A stretch of DNA of 64,000 nt from Candidatus Yanofskybacteria bacterium RIFCSPHIGHO2_01_FULL_43_32 (GCA_001794125.1 MGJF01000002.1:236514-300513); one strand, 5' to 3'. Shown: positions 19,546 through 29,886, counted from the first letter of the stretch. The notes: generated by a model from the letters alone, not told the origin. Made by a program: numbers and translations.

Positions 19546-20538
19546 ATGACAAATCATAAGATTGTAATTGGCGACTCAAGGAAAATGGCAGAGATTGCCG
19601 ATGAATCTGTCCAGCTTGTTATTACTTCGCCTCCATATTGGCAACTCAAGGATTATGGATCAAAAAATCAAATTGGTTTTGACGATTCTTACGAGGACTA
19701 CATAAATAATTTAAACTTGGTTTGGAATGAGTCATATCGTGTCTTAAGTCCGGGTTGCAGACTTTGTATAAACATAGGAGACCAATTTGCTCGCTCCGTT
19801 TATTATGGAAGGTATAAAGTCATTCCAATTCGAACGGAGATAATTAAGTTTTGCGAAACCATCGGTCTTGATTATATGGGCGCCATAATTTGGCAGAAAG
19901 TTACAACGACAAACACAACAGGTGGCGCAAGCATTATGGGCAGTTTTCCATATCCAAGAAATGGTATTTTGAAATTAGATTATGAATTTATTTTGATTTT
20001 TAAAAAACCAGGAGCACTACCTCAACCACCCGAAAACATTAAAGAGAAATCAAGATTAACAATAGACGAGTGGAATAAATATTTTGCAGGACATTGGAAT
20101 TTTAACGGTGCCAGACAAGAGCAACATTTAGCCATGTTTCCGGAAGAGTTGCCAAAAAGACTTATAAAAATGTTTAGCTTTGTGGGGGAGACGGTACTCG
20201 ACCCTTTTTTAGGAAGTGGTACAACTACTTTGGCGGCAAAGAATTTAGAACGAAATTCTGTCGGATACGAAATTAATAACAATTTTCTGCCACTTATTAA
20301 GGAAAAAATAGGGGTAAATCAAAAAAACTTGTTTTCTAATGCCAAATTAGAATTTGTTAAGCAAAACAAATTCAACCAGGATTTTAAAATAGCCGTTGCC
20401 GACCTATCTTACGTTTTTAAAGACCCGATAAAAATTACGAGGAATATTAATACTAAAAAAATGAAGTTTGGTTCGAAAATTGATTCATCTGACTTTAATT
20501 ATAAACCCTTAAAGTTAAAAGAAGCATTCTTTAAATGA
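19546..20538 (+). CDS. Site-specific DNA methyltransferase, beta class (N4-C/N6-A)
   Basis: TSPPYW (motif IV) before DPFLGSGTT (motif I). Confidence 0.95.
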   Translation: MTNHKIVIGDSRKMAEIADESVQLVITSPPYWQLKDYGSKNQIGFDDSYEDYINNLNLVWNESYRVLSPGCRLCINIGDQFARSVYYGRYKVIPIRTEIIKFCETIGLDYMGAIIWQKVTTTNTTGGASIMGSFPYPRNGILKLDYEFILIFKKPGALPQPPENIKEKSRLTIDEWNKYFAGHWNFNGARQEQHLAMFPEELPKRLIKMFSFVGETVLDPFLGSGTTTLAAKNLERNSVGYEINNNFLPLIKEKIGVNQKNLFSNAKLEFVKQNKFNQDFKIAVADLSYVFKDPIKITRNINTKKMKFGSKIDSSDFNYKPLKLKEAFFK

Positions 20539-21128
20539 AAACTCTCAAAATTGATAATAAAAAGCTCCTTGAACTTCTAAATATTGAGCCGCCTAAATTT
20601 GCAAAATATTCCGGGCCTCTAATGAATTTAGCAAATCGGTTTATTGGCGGCACTAAACCAAAAGTAGTGGGACAAATGAGCGAGTTAATAAAAGAATTTG
20701 ATGGCAAAACTTTTAAAGAGTGGGAAAGTTGGTATTTGAAAAAACATCCTAAAGCTATTGATGCGGCAGTAGAGAAGATTACCCAAATGCTCATTAATTT
20801 TAAAGATGTTTTAGAAAAAACCGACGAGGCATCTATAAAAAGGTGGGTGCGTGACCTTGTAATTATTAAGACATTTGTCGGCTTGAAAAATCAAGAGGCA
20901 ATTTTAAAATCAGTTGCCGAATATTTTAAAACTGAATATAGATCGGCCAAACCAGCAGAGGAGTCAAAAGGAATTGACGGTTTCATCGGAGAAAAATCTG
21001 TAAGCATTAAACCGCATACATACTTACTCAAACCTGAACTATTGGAAAAGATTGAAGCTCCCATTATTTACTACGAAAAGACAAAGACCGGACTCAAAAT
21101 ATATTTCCCAGAAAACTTAACAAAATAA
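20535..21128 (+). CDS. Type II restriction endonuclease, MjaI-like
   Basis: T.PKVVGQMSELI, EESKGIDGFIG...SIKP; overlaps the MTase stop codon. Confidence 0.85.
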   Translation: MKTLKIDNKKLLELLNIEPPKFAKYSGPLMNLANRFIGGTKPKVVGQMSELIKEFDGKTFKEWESWYLKKHPKAIDAAVEKITQMLINFKDVLEKTDEASIKRWVRDLVIIKTFVGLKNQEAILKSVAEYFKTEYRSAKPAEESKGIDGFIGEKSVSIKPHTYLLKPELLEKIEAPIIYYEKTKTGLKIYFPENLTK

Positions 21129-21180
21129 TTAACCCAGCATTATTATTCCCCTAAGCAAGGCTTCTGGGAACATTAAAGAA

Positions 21181-21304
21181 GTTTGACTTTCTATTGCCAA
21201 TCGTCACTCATTAACCAAAACAACCGGCGGAGGGAGCATGCTTTTATAAAATCAGCAGTATTTTAGAAAAGTATGCTCCGCAGCATGCATGGAGGTTGTG
21301 TGAG
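21181..21304 (+). repeat. Structured element family A, copy 2
   Basis: 44/55 nt ungapped match to 50382-50436; inverted relative to copy 1. Confidence 0.88.
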
Positions 21305-22048
21305 TTATCTTATTTTCTTCAACCAATACTCATTCTCCCAAGCCCATAAATCTTTGCAGGCTAAGAAGGCCTTGATATCGGAGTCAAAGGTGTTTAGTTC
21401 TTTTATTTCTACTTCGCCTTTCATTGGACCCCATTCGTGTTCACATTTTCCTTTTTCGCCACGGATTTTTTCCCGTCCGCCTTTGTCGCGCATGGTTGCC
21501 GGGCATCTTAAGCAATGTTTTGACTGGTCAAGACGCAATATCCAGCGGGTAAGGGGAGGGAGGGTTTTGTCCTCGCTTAAAGCTTCTATGTAAGCCGAGG
21601 TCTGCATGCTGTAGTCGCGGTATATCGCCATTGAGGTTTTGATATCCAAGACGCCCAAAACGCCGTTTAATTCGGCCAGAACATCCATAGTTCCGGCAAA
21701 ATGGTGTTTTTTTGACACAACTCTCTCTTCTATCTTGTGGGCGATCACCTCGTTCTTATTATAAAAATCCATAAAAGCGGAGACGGCCGGTTTGACCTGG
21801 TCGGGGATAACGATAGGTTCTTTTCTCAAAATCGCCTCAACCGTTTCGTGAAGCAATGTCCCTTCTTCCGCGGACTTGGATTTAATATCTTCCCCGGTCT
21901 TATAGTCAGGCAATCCGGCATAAAACATATAAAGTGCCGGTTTGGCTTTGATTGAAACAATCGACGTAACCCGCGGATACCAAATTCCGTCTATTGTGTA
22001 GCCGTTGCCTTCTTTAAAACTATCTACTGTTGTGTACCAGTTGCTCAT
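21305..22048 (-). CDS. PD-(D/E)XK nuclease (phage exonuclease/Cas4-like)
   Basis: YPRVTSI, GTLLHE, AGTMD, DIKTS, QTSAY. Confidence 0.85.
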   Translation of the reverse strand: MSNWYTTVDSFKEGNGYTIDGIWYPRVTSIVSIKAKPALYMFYAGLPDYKTGEDIKSKSAEEGTLLHETVEAILRKEPIVIPDQVKPAVSAFMDFYNKNEVIAHKIEERVVSKKHHFAGTMDVLAELNGVLGVLDIKTSMAIYRDYSMQTSAYIEALSEDKTLPPLTRWILRLDQSKHCLRCPATMRDKGGREKIRGEKGKCEHEWGPMKGEVEIKELNTFDSDIKAFLACKDLWAWENEYWLKKIR

Positions 22049-22728
22049 TTGTTTTGCATGTACTTTTCCCAGTAATGGAAAAGTTCCTTGGTTGCTTTAA
22101 TGTCGTCAAAACAATATTTGGCTATCTTGAGATATTCTTTTTCTTTATAGAGGCGGGCCACATCGTCGCCGCTGACGCCTTTTGCCTTCGGACTTGATAT
22201 GCCGAATGCCTGGCACCACATATGAAGATTCCTTTTGAACCTTACTGCTCCAAAATTAGTCAGCCGGTCGTAAAGGTCGAAATGCGGAGCATCATAATAC
22301 CGGTTGTGGATCAAGCTCTTGGTCGGTTTAATTTTCAGTATAGCCGAGCGTATGGTCACAAACGGGCAATCAAAAGAATGGCCATTGAAGGTAATGAATT
22401 GATTATAATGGGTCGCCGATTCCCAAAAATGCTCCAAAACCTCTTTCTCGTTGAGACACGGCACATATTGCGCATTCTTGTCCTCTGTTTTTTCTATATT
22501 TTTCCCCGCTTGAAAATAAACCGCGCCTTTATCAGTATCGGGGTTTAATATTCCAATAGCCACTACCTCCCCGGTAAGAGGGGAGAAACCGAGACCGTTT
22601 TTGACATTTTCAATCTCTTCCGGCGAGTCGGCATAAAAAAGCAAAAATTCTTTGGCTTTTTCATCCAAAGAATCAAATTCAACTCCCACAGTTTCTATGT
22701 CAAAGATTAACTTGGGGGAATTTAGCAT
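22045..22728 (-). CDS. DEDD 3'-5' exonuclease (PolB-exo/RNase H-like)
   Basis: FDIET, TFNGHSFDCPF, YCFDD. Confidence 0.88.
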   Translation of the reverse strand: MLNSPKLIFDIETVGVEFDSLDEKAKEFLLFYADSPEEIENVKNGLGFSPLTGEVVAIGILNPDTDKGAVYFQAGKNIEKTEDKNAQYVPCLNEKEVLEHFWESATHYNQFITFNGHSFDCPFVTIRSAILKIKPTKSLIHNRYYDAPHFDLYDRLTNFGAVRFKRNLHMWCQAFGISSPKAKGVSGDDVARLYKEKEYLKIAKYCFDDIKATKELFHYWEKYMQNK

Positions 22729-22760
22729 GACTTATTTTAACTTAAAGAAAACTGTCCGGC

Positions 22761-22879
22761 AAATGTTATGCGATATAAAATGTTGCATAACATTTGCACA
22801 TTGTGCGAGGCACTAAAAATGGCCGGGGGAGTCCGGCTTTTCTTGCTTTAGTGCTTCGCACAATGTAGGTTATGCGACG
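22761..22879. repeat. Long intergenic palindrome
   Basis: acattgtgcgaggcactaaa...tttagtgcttcgcacaatgt, plus the alternative stem aaatgttatgc/gcataacattt. Confidence 0.7.
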
Positions 22880-22921
22880 TAAGTATTCTCTGTTTCAGAG
22901 CCCCGAGCCTTCCATGGCTAT

Positions 22922-23392
22922 TTATTTGAGTACGCTTAATATTCCTCTGAGCACCTGCGAGGTAATGGAGATAATCAATATGCTCAAGTTAATTCCTGTT
23001 ACGGCCGCTTCTTTCAAGAAGCTCGAAATGTCATTATAGGACACATTGCCTGAACTGAAGAACTTGCTGAAATCTATGTTCTGCGAGGGGCTTTTAACGG
23101 GACTTAGGGGTATTCCGGTACCAATATTTATCATCTGATCGAACCTAAGGCCGTTTATGGCATTGTTTATCAGATCGTTTACCGAAGCGGTAATGTCGTT
23201 TATTTGATTAATCGGATTTAAATCAAGTTTTAATTCTGTTGATTTGTTTGCGGGAATAGTATCTATTACATAAGCGCGCAGCGGAAGACTTCCGTTAAAC
23301 ATAAGGGCCGTAACGGCAATTCCAACCAAGAAACTTGCCACTCCCCACTTCCCCACCGCGCCTAAATAATTACGAAACCATATTTTATTCAT
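22922..23392 (-). CDS. Hypothetical membrane protein
   Basis: 156-aa ORF with N- and C-terminal hydrophobic segments. Confidence 0.65.
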   Translation of the reverse strand: MNKIWFRNYLGAVGKWGVASFLVGIAVTALMFNGSLPLRAYVIDTIPANKSTELKLDLNPINQINDITASVNDLINNAINGLRFDQMINIGTGIPLSPVKSPSQNIDFSKFFSSGNVSYNDISSFLKEAAVTGINLSILIISITSQVLRGILSVLK

Positions 23393-23446
23393 ATGTCAAA
23401 CTATTGCTTTATTTCGTATATTAAATTATATCACAATATTTTTTTC

Positions 23447-24691
23447 TCAGTCGTTTTTTGTGAACATGGTTATTTCCTGCCGGAAAACGGCGATTGCTTT
23501 TCTGAAAGGAAGGATTGAAACCAAATATCGAAGGTCTACAAGTTCTCTTATGATCCATCCCGCAAATCCCGACACTTTCCATCCTCCCCATAGATGAGCC
23601 GAAGAAAATTTTCCTCCCACCGGGGCGATCCAAACCCCGTAATAGGGTTTGTACGCTTCAGTGTTTTTACCGTTCAATATATTATAAATATTTCCGGCTA
23701 CAACCTTGCCCTGATCAACTGCCGTGTACGCCAAAGCCGGAACCGGTTTTTGGGTTTTAGGATCAATGAACTCCTGGTTATCTCCTACGGCAAAGATATT
23801 TTTCCACCCCTGAACCAACAAATTCTCATCTACAATAATCTTGCCCCTGTCTGTCACTGGAAGTCCGGCTATGGATTTTAAGAATTCATTTGCCTTAATT
23901 CCCGCTGTCCAAACAACCATATCCCCCTCCAGTATTTGTCCGCTTTTTAATTTCACAAAACTTGCTCCCACTTCTTCAATAGGAGAGTTTTCCATCAGCA
24001 CCACGCCAAGTTCGGTCAGGCGTTTGGAAATTATATTTCTTTCGCTGTCGGAAACCATCGGCAAAATTTTGGGTCCGGCTTCTATGAGAGTTATTATCGC
24101 GTGTTTATCTCTCATGCCGCGTTCCCTGCATATTTTTTTGACACAGCATGAAATTTCAGCGGCAAATTCAATCCCGCTGAAACCAGCCCCGCCGATCAAT
24201 ATCTTGAGCAAATCCATTTTTTCTCCCGAATCCATTTTTTTAATTAATTTTCCTATTTTTACGTTAATGGCTACCGCATCGTCAATGTTCTTGAATTGAT
24301 AGGCGTATTCTCTGACTCCAGGAATCCCAAAATCGGCGGTCTGGCTCCCAAGAGCAATCACCAAATAATCGCAGGACAAAATCTCACCGCCCTTGGTTCT
24401 AACGCTCTTTTCTTTCAAATCAACCGCGGAAATCTCGGCCTGAATAAAATTTATTTTCTTCCCGGCAAATATGTCTTTGTAGGGTATGCAGACCGTTTTT
24501 CGCATTTTTACCGTGAAGGGGTCTTTGTTTGTTTCGTAAATCGCCGCGACTTCATAAAGCGAGGGCAAAAAAAGATGATAGCTGTTTCTGTCCACTAAAG
24601 TGATCTGGGCTTGCTCTTTAAATTTTTTATCCAAATCTAAGGCGCATCTTACGCCCCCGAATCCCCCGCCAAGAATGAGAATCTTAGTCAT
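23447..24691 (-). CDS. Type II NADH dehydrogenase-like FAD oxidoreductase
   Basis: ILGGGFGG, GGAGFSGIEFAAE, VVWTAG, FAVGD. Confidence 0.92.
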   Translation of the reverse strand: MTKILILGGGFGGVRCALDLDKKFKEQAQITLVDRNSYHLFLPSLYEVAAIYETNKDPFTVKMRKTVCIPYKDIFAGKKINFIQAEISAVDLKEKSVRTKGGEILSCDYLVIALGSQTADFGIPGVREYAYQFKNIDDAVAINVKIGKLIKKMDSGEKMDLLKILIGGAGFSGIEFAAEISCCVKKICRERGMRDKHAIITLIEAGPKILPMVSDSERNIISKRLTELGVVLMENSPIEEVGASFVKLKSGQILEGDMVVWTAGIKANEFLKSIAGLPVTDRGKIIVDENLLVQGWKNIFAVGDNQEFIDPKTQKPVPALAYTAVDQGKVVAGNIYNILNGKNTEAYKPYYGVWIAPVGGKFSSAHLWGGWKVSGFAGWIIRELVDLRYLVSILPFRKAIAVFRQEITMFTKND

Positions 24692-24723
24692 GTGGTCAGA
24701 TGTTTAACTTAATTATATCACGA

Positions 24724-26016
24724 TTAAGGAAGATAATCGCGAGGATCTATTGTATTGTCATAGTTGAAGTATAGCTGGCCGTTTTTTTCTTTAACATAAG
24801 TAAAGAACTCTTTATAGATGCTCAGGTGGACATGGGAACCGGTAGAAAATCCTGTTGAACCTTCATATCCTATTATATCGCCCGCTTTGACCTGCGAACC
24901 AACTCTCACAAACTCAAATGCGCTCATGTGAGCATAGATACTTACAAGATTATAAGGCGGGTGTTTGATAGCCACCCAATTTCCCCAGCCATCATTTTTA
25001 CCATTGGCAACAATCTCTCCGTCGCCAATTGCTTTGATGGAGGTACCGTAACCAACCTTAATATCTATGCCGTTGTGTATCGCTCCGCCATAAGCCCCGC
25101 GGGAACTTCCACAGCGGGCAAACTTGGTGCAACCATAAGTTTGAGTGGTTGTAAAACCATCCTCCGGCCACCGGAAAAGATCGGTTCCCTTTTTCGGCAA
25201 GTTTTCCGCTTTAACATGAAGAATATAAAGTCCGCCTTGAATAACTTTGGTTTCAATTTCTTTTAGTTCCGTAAAGAAAAGAGACTGCTTTATTTCCACT
25301 TCTTCCAGCATTTTTTGGTATGCCGCCTCTTGGCCTTTAGTTGCTTTTAATAATCCGTCTTTATCTTTCGTTGCCTGATCTAACGAAGACTTCTGGGCGC
25401 TTTGCTGCCGTTTCAACGATTCGAGGTCGTTTTTCTTGCCTTCCAAATTATTTTTATTCTGATTTAACTGGTCTTCCATATCCTGCAAGTCGTCCACCAA
25501 ATTCATCAGATTGGTATTTACCGTCAAAGCTGATTGCGTCTGTCGGAAATAATCGGACAAGTCATTGTTTTTTAATATAATACCCAAAAGACTTTCTTTA
25601 TCCATGCGATCCATGAATAATAAGAGCCGGCCGATAGTGTTTTTTTGCCTGTCTACCTTTTCTTGAGTATTAAAAATATTATTTTGGACATTGTTCAGCT
25701 CTATTTTGGTCTTATCTATTTTTTTTCCGGTCAGCGAAATTTGCGTCTGCAGGGATGTTATCTGGCTTTTAAGATTAGCAATCTGGTTCTTCAGGGTATC
25801 GGCTTGTTCTTGTTTTTGGGAAATGGTCCCTTTCAACTGCTCGGCTTGCTGTTCAAGCGCCTGAATTTGGGCTTTCAAATCAGCCATTTTCTCTTCGTCG
25901 GTCTGGGCGGAAACAATGTTTGCAGAAAGCAGGAAGCAGAAAACGGATAAAAACAGAAAAAACGAAAAAAATTGACAATTTAAAATTTTTTTGTTTTTAT
26001 TGCCCAAGTTGCTCAT
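24724..26016 (-). CDS. Coiled-coil M23 peptidase (EnvC/CwlO-like)
   Basis: Signal peptide, coiled coil, HNGID, YAHM, STGSHVH. Confidence 0.92.
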   Translation of the reverse strand: MSNLGNKNKKILNCQFFSFFLFLSVFCFLLSANIVSAQTDEEKMADLKAQIQALEQQAEQLKGTISQKQEQADTLKNQIANLKSQITSLQTQISLTGKKIDKTKIELNNVQNNIFNTQEKVDRQKNTIGRLLLFMDRMDKESLLGIILKNNDLSDYFRQTQSALTVNTNLMNLVDDLQDMEDQLNQNKNNLEGKKNDLESLKRQQSAQKSSLDQATKDKDGLLKATKGQEAAYQKMLEEVEIKQSLFFTELKEIETKVIQGGLYILHVKAENLPKKGTDLFRWPEDGFTTTQTYGCTKFARCGSSRGAYGGAIHNGIDIKVGYGTSIKAIGDGEIVANGKNDGWGNWVAIKHPPYNLVSIYAHMSAFEFVRVGSQVKAGDIIGYEGSTGFSTGSHVHLSIYKEFFTYVKEKNGQLYFNYDNTIDPRDYLP

Positions 26017-26037
26017 TTTAAATTTGGCGGGTAAAAA

Positions 26038-26487
26038 GTGCCGACGAAAAAAATTCTCGTTGGTCTGAAGTTTGGAATAATTAATTTAATCATAGTGGCA
26101 ATGATAGCCGGTATTTTCTATGTTTTTGTGCAATTGGGAATAATATCCGAACCATCCAAAGTGGTAACGAACGAAGATTTTAAGCGGCCGATATTTTTAT
26201 TTTTCTTAATGGTTGCAATGGCTCCTTTTATGGAAGAGGTTCTGTTCCGGTTTTTGCCCATAAAAGGAGTAAAACTCATAACCGGTGACAAAAATGCTCT
26301 TTGGGTCGCCATTATTCTTGTGTCGATATTATTCGGATCGCTCCATGGTTCATGGCACCACATATTCATACAAGGCGTATCTGGAATAATTTTTTCATTG
26401 TCTTTTTTGCGAGGCGGTTTTGTGTCTTCTGTTGTATCCCACGCTCTTACCAACCTTGTTGCTTGGTCGTTGGTCTTCATAACATAG
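26038..26487 (+). CDS. CPBP/Abi family intramembrane protease
   Basis: EEVLFR, FGSLH, HALTN. Confidence 0.85.
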   Translation: MPTKKILVGLKFGIINLIIVAMIAGIFYVFVQLGIISEPSKVVTNEDFKRPIFLFFLMVAMAPFMEEVLFRFLPIKGVKLITGDKNALWVAIILVSILFGSLHGSWHHIFIQGVSGIIFSLSFLRGGFVSSVVSHALTNLVAWSLVFIT

Positions 26488-26489
26488 CG

Positions 26490-27857
26490 TCATGACGACA
26501 ATCTTGCGGCTTTCTCGACCCTTTCAAGGGTCTTTTCTTTTCCGAGAACAAAAGCAATATCTACCGGATCCGGTGATTTCTCTCTGCCGGTCAACGCAAC
26601 CCTGAAAGGCCAATAGACCAACCCCTTGTCACCTACTTTGACCGAAAACTCGTCCAAGACCTTTCTCAATCCGTCTTTTCCTTTTTCAAAATCAAAATCA
26701 TCAATTATTTTTTTAACTTCGGTTAAAGTTTCAATGGACTTATCCAAATCTGCCTTTTTCCATTTTAATAATTCTTTGTCGTATTCAGGTTCTTTCCAGA
26801 AATAAGAAAACTCCTGAGCGTCTGAAAGTCTCTCCAGCCTCTCTGTTATTAAAGTCGTATCGTCGTCAGATAATGAAAATCCTGGTATTACATTCATAAT
26901 TTTCCAAAATATTGCCGGATCTAAATTTTTAACCCATTGAGAATTTATCCAGTTTAATTTTTTAACATCAAAGACCGCTCCCGATTTATGGACTTTTGAA
27001 AATTCAAATTCTTCAATCATTTCTTTTTTAGTCATTATCTCCTTACTGAATGTATGAGAAAGAGTGCCGAGAAAATTAATAACGGCTTCTGGCAAATAAT
27101 CTTTTTTGTATCCTATAGCTGCGGTATTACCATGCCGTTTTGAAAGTTTTGATTTATCACTTCCCAAAATTAACGGTAAATGCGCAAATTTTGGCACCGC
27201 CAAACCAAGAGCTTCATAGATGAGTATCTGCTTTGGTGTATTGGAAATGTGGTCTTCACCTCTAATGACATGGGTAATTTCCATATCTGCATCATCAACA
27301 ACAACGGCAAAATTATAAAGCGGTTCATCAAGGGATTTGGCAATACTAAAATCTCCCAACAAGGAAGTTTTAAATTCAATATGACCGCGGATTTCATCTT
27401 CAAAAGAAACTGTGGAATCGGCATCGCGTGTGACCGCAAGGCGGATAATGCCTCCGGGGGTTGTACCTTTTTCTGAATCCTTATGATTACAAACATGCTG
27501 AGGCGGTACTTTTTCTCCTTCTTGCGCTTGGCGCTCTGCCTCAAGTTCATCCTTGGTATGATGACAATAAAAAACCTTTCCTTCGGATAACAACTGCTCC
27601 AATACCTCACGATATTTGGCAGTATTTTCAGATTGACGCACCACCTTGCCATCCCATTTCAAGCCCAACCACTCTAATGCGTCTAAAATACTTTGTTCGT
27701 ATTCTTTTGTTGACCTCTCTTTATCTGTATCCTCAATACGCAAATGAAATTCTCCGCCATTTTTGTGGGCAAAAAGCCAATTATAAAGCGCCGACTGCGC
27801 CGTACCAATATGCAAAAATCCTGTTGGTGATGGGGCTATACGGACTTTAACTTTCAT
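26490..27857 (-). CDS. gltX: Glutamate--tRNA ligase
   Basis: RIAPSPTG.LHIG, RGEDH, KLSKR. Confidence 0.97.
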   Translation of the reverse strand: MKVKVRIAPSPTGFLHIGTAQSALYNWLFAHKNGGEFHLRIEDTDKERSTKEYEQSILDALEWLGLKWDGKVVRQSENTAKYREVLEQLLSEGKVFYCHHTKDELEAERQAQEGEKVPPQHVCNHKDSEKGTTPGGIIRLAVTRDADSTVSFEDEIRGHIEFKTSLLGDFSIAKSLDEPLYNFAVVVDDADMEITHVIRGEDHISNTPKQILIYEALGLAVPKFAHLPLILGSDKSKLSKRHGNTAAIGYKKDYLPEAVINFLGTLSHTFSKEIMTKKEMIEEFEFSKVHKSGAVFDVKKLNWINSQWVKNLDPAIFWKIMNVIPGFSLSDDDTTLITERLERLSDAQEFSYFWKEPEYDKELLKWKKADLDKSIETLTEVKKIIDDFDFEKGKDGLRKVLDEFSVKVGDKGLVYWPFRVALTGREKSPDPVDIAFVLGKEKTLERVEKAARLSS

Positions 27858-27902
27858 ATGCTTTATTATACCTTAGTTATAACAGGTATCCAAGACCAAA
27901 TC

Positions 27903-29864
27903 ATGTATATCGTAGAAGTCATCCCTCTAACCATCCTGCCCTCCAACGTACCCCAATTGTTGAGTTACTTTTTTAATAAAAAACTGGAAAAAGGCGCGAT
28001 AGCAGAGATACCGTTCGGAAACCGGAAAGTCCTGGCCGCTGTGGTCGCTTCAACACCTCTTGAGCACCAAAAAATCCTTCTTAAAAAAACCGGCTTTCAG
28101 CTCAAGAAAATATCTAACGTAATCAGCGAGACCTCTCAAGTAAGCAATAATCAATTTAAAACAGCTCTCTGGCTCTCAAGATATTATTACGCCCCTTTGG
28201 GATATTGTTTAAAAACAGTTCTTCCGCCATTCTTTTTAAAAAAAGGGTACGGGACACTCACACAGAATTCTCTGCAAGACATCGCTTTGCCGGAAACAAG
28301 ACGATATCTTGCTAAACCGTTATTTCTTTTATCCGGCGCAAAAGAAACCTTGGCCAATATTCTTCCTTTTATAAAAAAAGCGGTGGGGGGACAAGGCCAG
28401 GTCGCTCTTATCGTTCCCGACACATCCACTCTCCGGTATTTTTACGGAGAGTTGTCCCGGAATTACGAGGTCGCCGCGGTCCATTCCGGGCTGAACAACA
28501 AAAAGCTTTACGAAGCATGGCAAAAAGCCGGTTCAGGCAAAGCAGACATAATCCTCGGAACAAGGCAGGCGCTGTTCCTGCCGTTCAAAAACCTTAAACT
28601 TCTTATTGTGGACGATGTCCCGCACGAGTTCTACAAATCCGACATGACTCCCAAATATAACACGCCCGACCTTGCCCGGGTAATCGCCGGTTTTAATAAT
28701 GCCCGAATTATTTTTGTTTCGGTTATCAGCGGAGTGGAGAATTATTACCGCCTCAAAAATAAGGATTACGAACTGCTGGATGAAACAAAGCCCCGTTCTC
28801 CCGTTAAAATAGCCGACATGGCCGGGGAAATAAAAAACGGCAATTTTTCTCTGTTCAGCCGGGAATTTAAAAATCAAATCACCTCTTCGATAAATCCCTC
28901 GAGTCAAAATAAGAAAATTTTGATTTTCTCTCCCCGGCGCGGTCATTCCGGCGTTCTGATCTGCCGAAATTGCGGATATGCCGTCAAATGCAAAGAATGC
29001 GGCATTGCTTTCCGGATCCACAAGACCACAGACCTCATTCTGGTCTGCCACCACTGTTCCAGAAGTCTGAAAATGCCCGAAAATTGCCCAAATTGCAGCA
29101 GCTTCGAGTTCAAAACAGCGGGTCCGGCCGGTACGCAAAAGATCTACGAAGAAGTCCGGAGATTAGTAAAATATAGTGGGGCAGAAAAGATTCCAATCAT
29201 GGTTCTTGATGCTGATGTCGTAAAAAACGAGACCGAAGAAGAGGAAATAATTGAAGAGATTAATAATCCAGGAACGTCCGTCATCATTTCCACGCAGATG
29301 ATCTTCAGTCACCGCTATGACGTAAAATTTGATCTGGTTGGAATTTTAAACGCCGACAGTCTTATCGGCGCGCCTGATTTCAGAACAGAGGAAAGACTGT
29401 TTTACCAGATGGAAAAATTGCTGGATTTCCTGCCTGCCGGCAGGCACGGCCAATCTAAAAACATGATAATTCAAACTTATAATTCCGAAAATCAGGCAAT
29501 TCTGACGGCAAGCGAGGGAACATACAAAGATTTCTACGACAAAGAATTGGAAACAAGAAAAATCTTTTCCTATCCTCCTTACTCCCGGCTGATAAAATTG
29601 ACATACAGGCATAAATACAAAGACAAGGCCTCTTATGAAGCGAGGGTTCTAAGCGGAAAATTAAAAATGGCGATAGCTCAAATGAAATTGGAACAAAAAA
29701 TTAAACTGATTGACCCACACCCTTCATTTGTCGAAAAAGAAAGGGGTCTGTTTGTTTATAATATTGTTTTAAAAATACTTCCAGAATTTGAAAATATTAA
29801 AGACATCCTAAAATACGTACCCTCAAATTGGTCAATTGATGCTGACCCAAGGACAATTATCTGA
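27903..29864 (+). CDS. priA: Primosomal protein N' with degenerate helicase motifs
   Basis: N-terminal 3'-binding domain, four CxxC motifs, PDFR.EER..Q, YPPY; no GSGKT. Confidence 0.9.
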   Translation: MYIVEVIPLTILPSNVPQLLSYFFNKKLEKGAIAEIPFGNRKVLAAVVASTPLEHQKILLKKTGFQLKKISNVISETSQVSNNQFKTALWLSRYYYAPLGYCLKTVLPPFFLKKGYGTLTQNSLQDIALPETRRYLAKPLFLLSGAKETLANILPFIKKAVGGQGQVALIVPDTSTLRYFYGELSRNYEVAAVHSGLNNKKLYEAWQKAGSGKADIILGTRQALFLPFKNLKLLIVDDVPHEFYKSDMTPKYNTPDLARVIAGFNNARIIFVSVISGVENYYRLKNKDYELLDETKPRSPVKIADMAGEIKNGNFSLFSREFKNQITSSINPSSQNKKILIFSPRRGHSGVLICRNCGYAVKCKECGIAFRIHKTTDLILVCHHCSRSLKMPENCPNCSSFEFKTAGPAGTQKIYEEVRRLVKYSGAEKIPIMVLDADVVKNETEEEEIIEEINNPGTSVIISTQMIFSHRYDVKFDLVGILNADSLIGAPDFRTEERLFYQMEKLLDFLPAGRHGQSKNMIIQTYNSENQAILTASEGTYKDFYDKELETRKIFSYPPYSRLIKLTYRHKYKDKASYEARVLSGKLKMAIAQMKLEQKIKLIDPHPSFVEKERGLFVYNIVLKILPEFENIKDILKYVPSNWSIDADPRTII

Positions 29865-29886
29865 CCCAAAAAGGGCCCGGCCGGAA

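Noticed and set aside
21305-22048. Cas4-like gene implying a CRISPR locus
   Set aside because: No regularly spaced repeat-spacer array and no cas1/cas2 anywhere in the window
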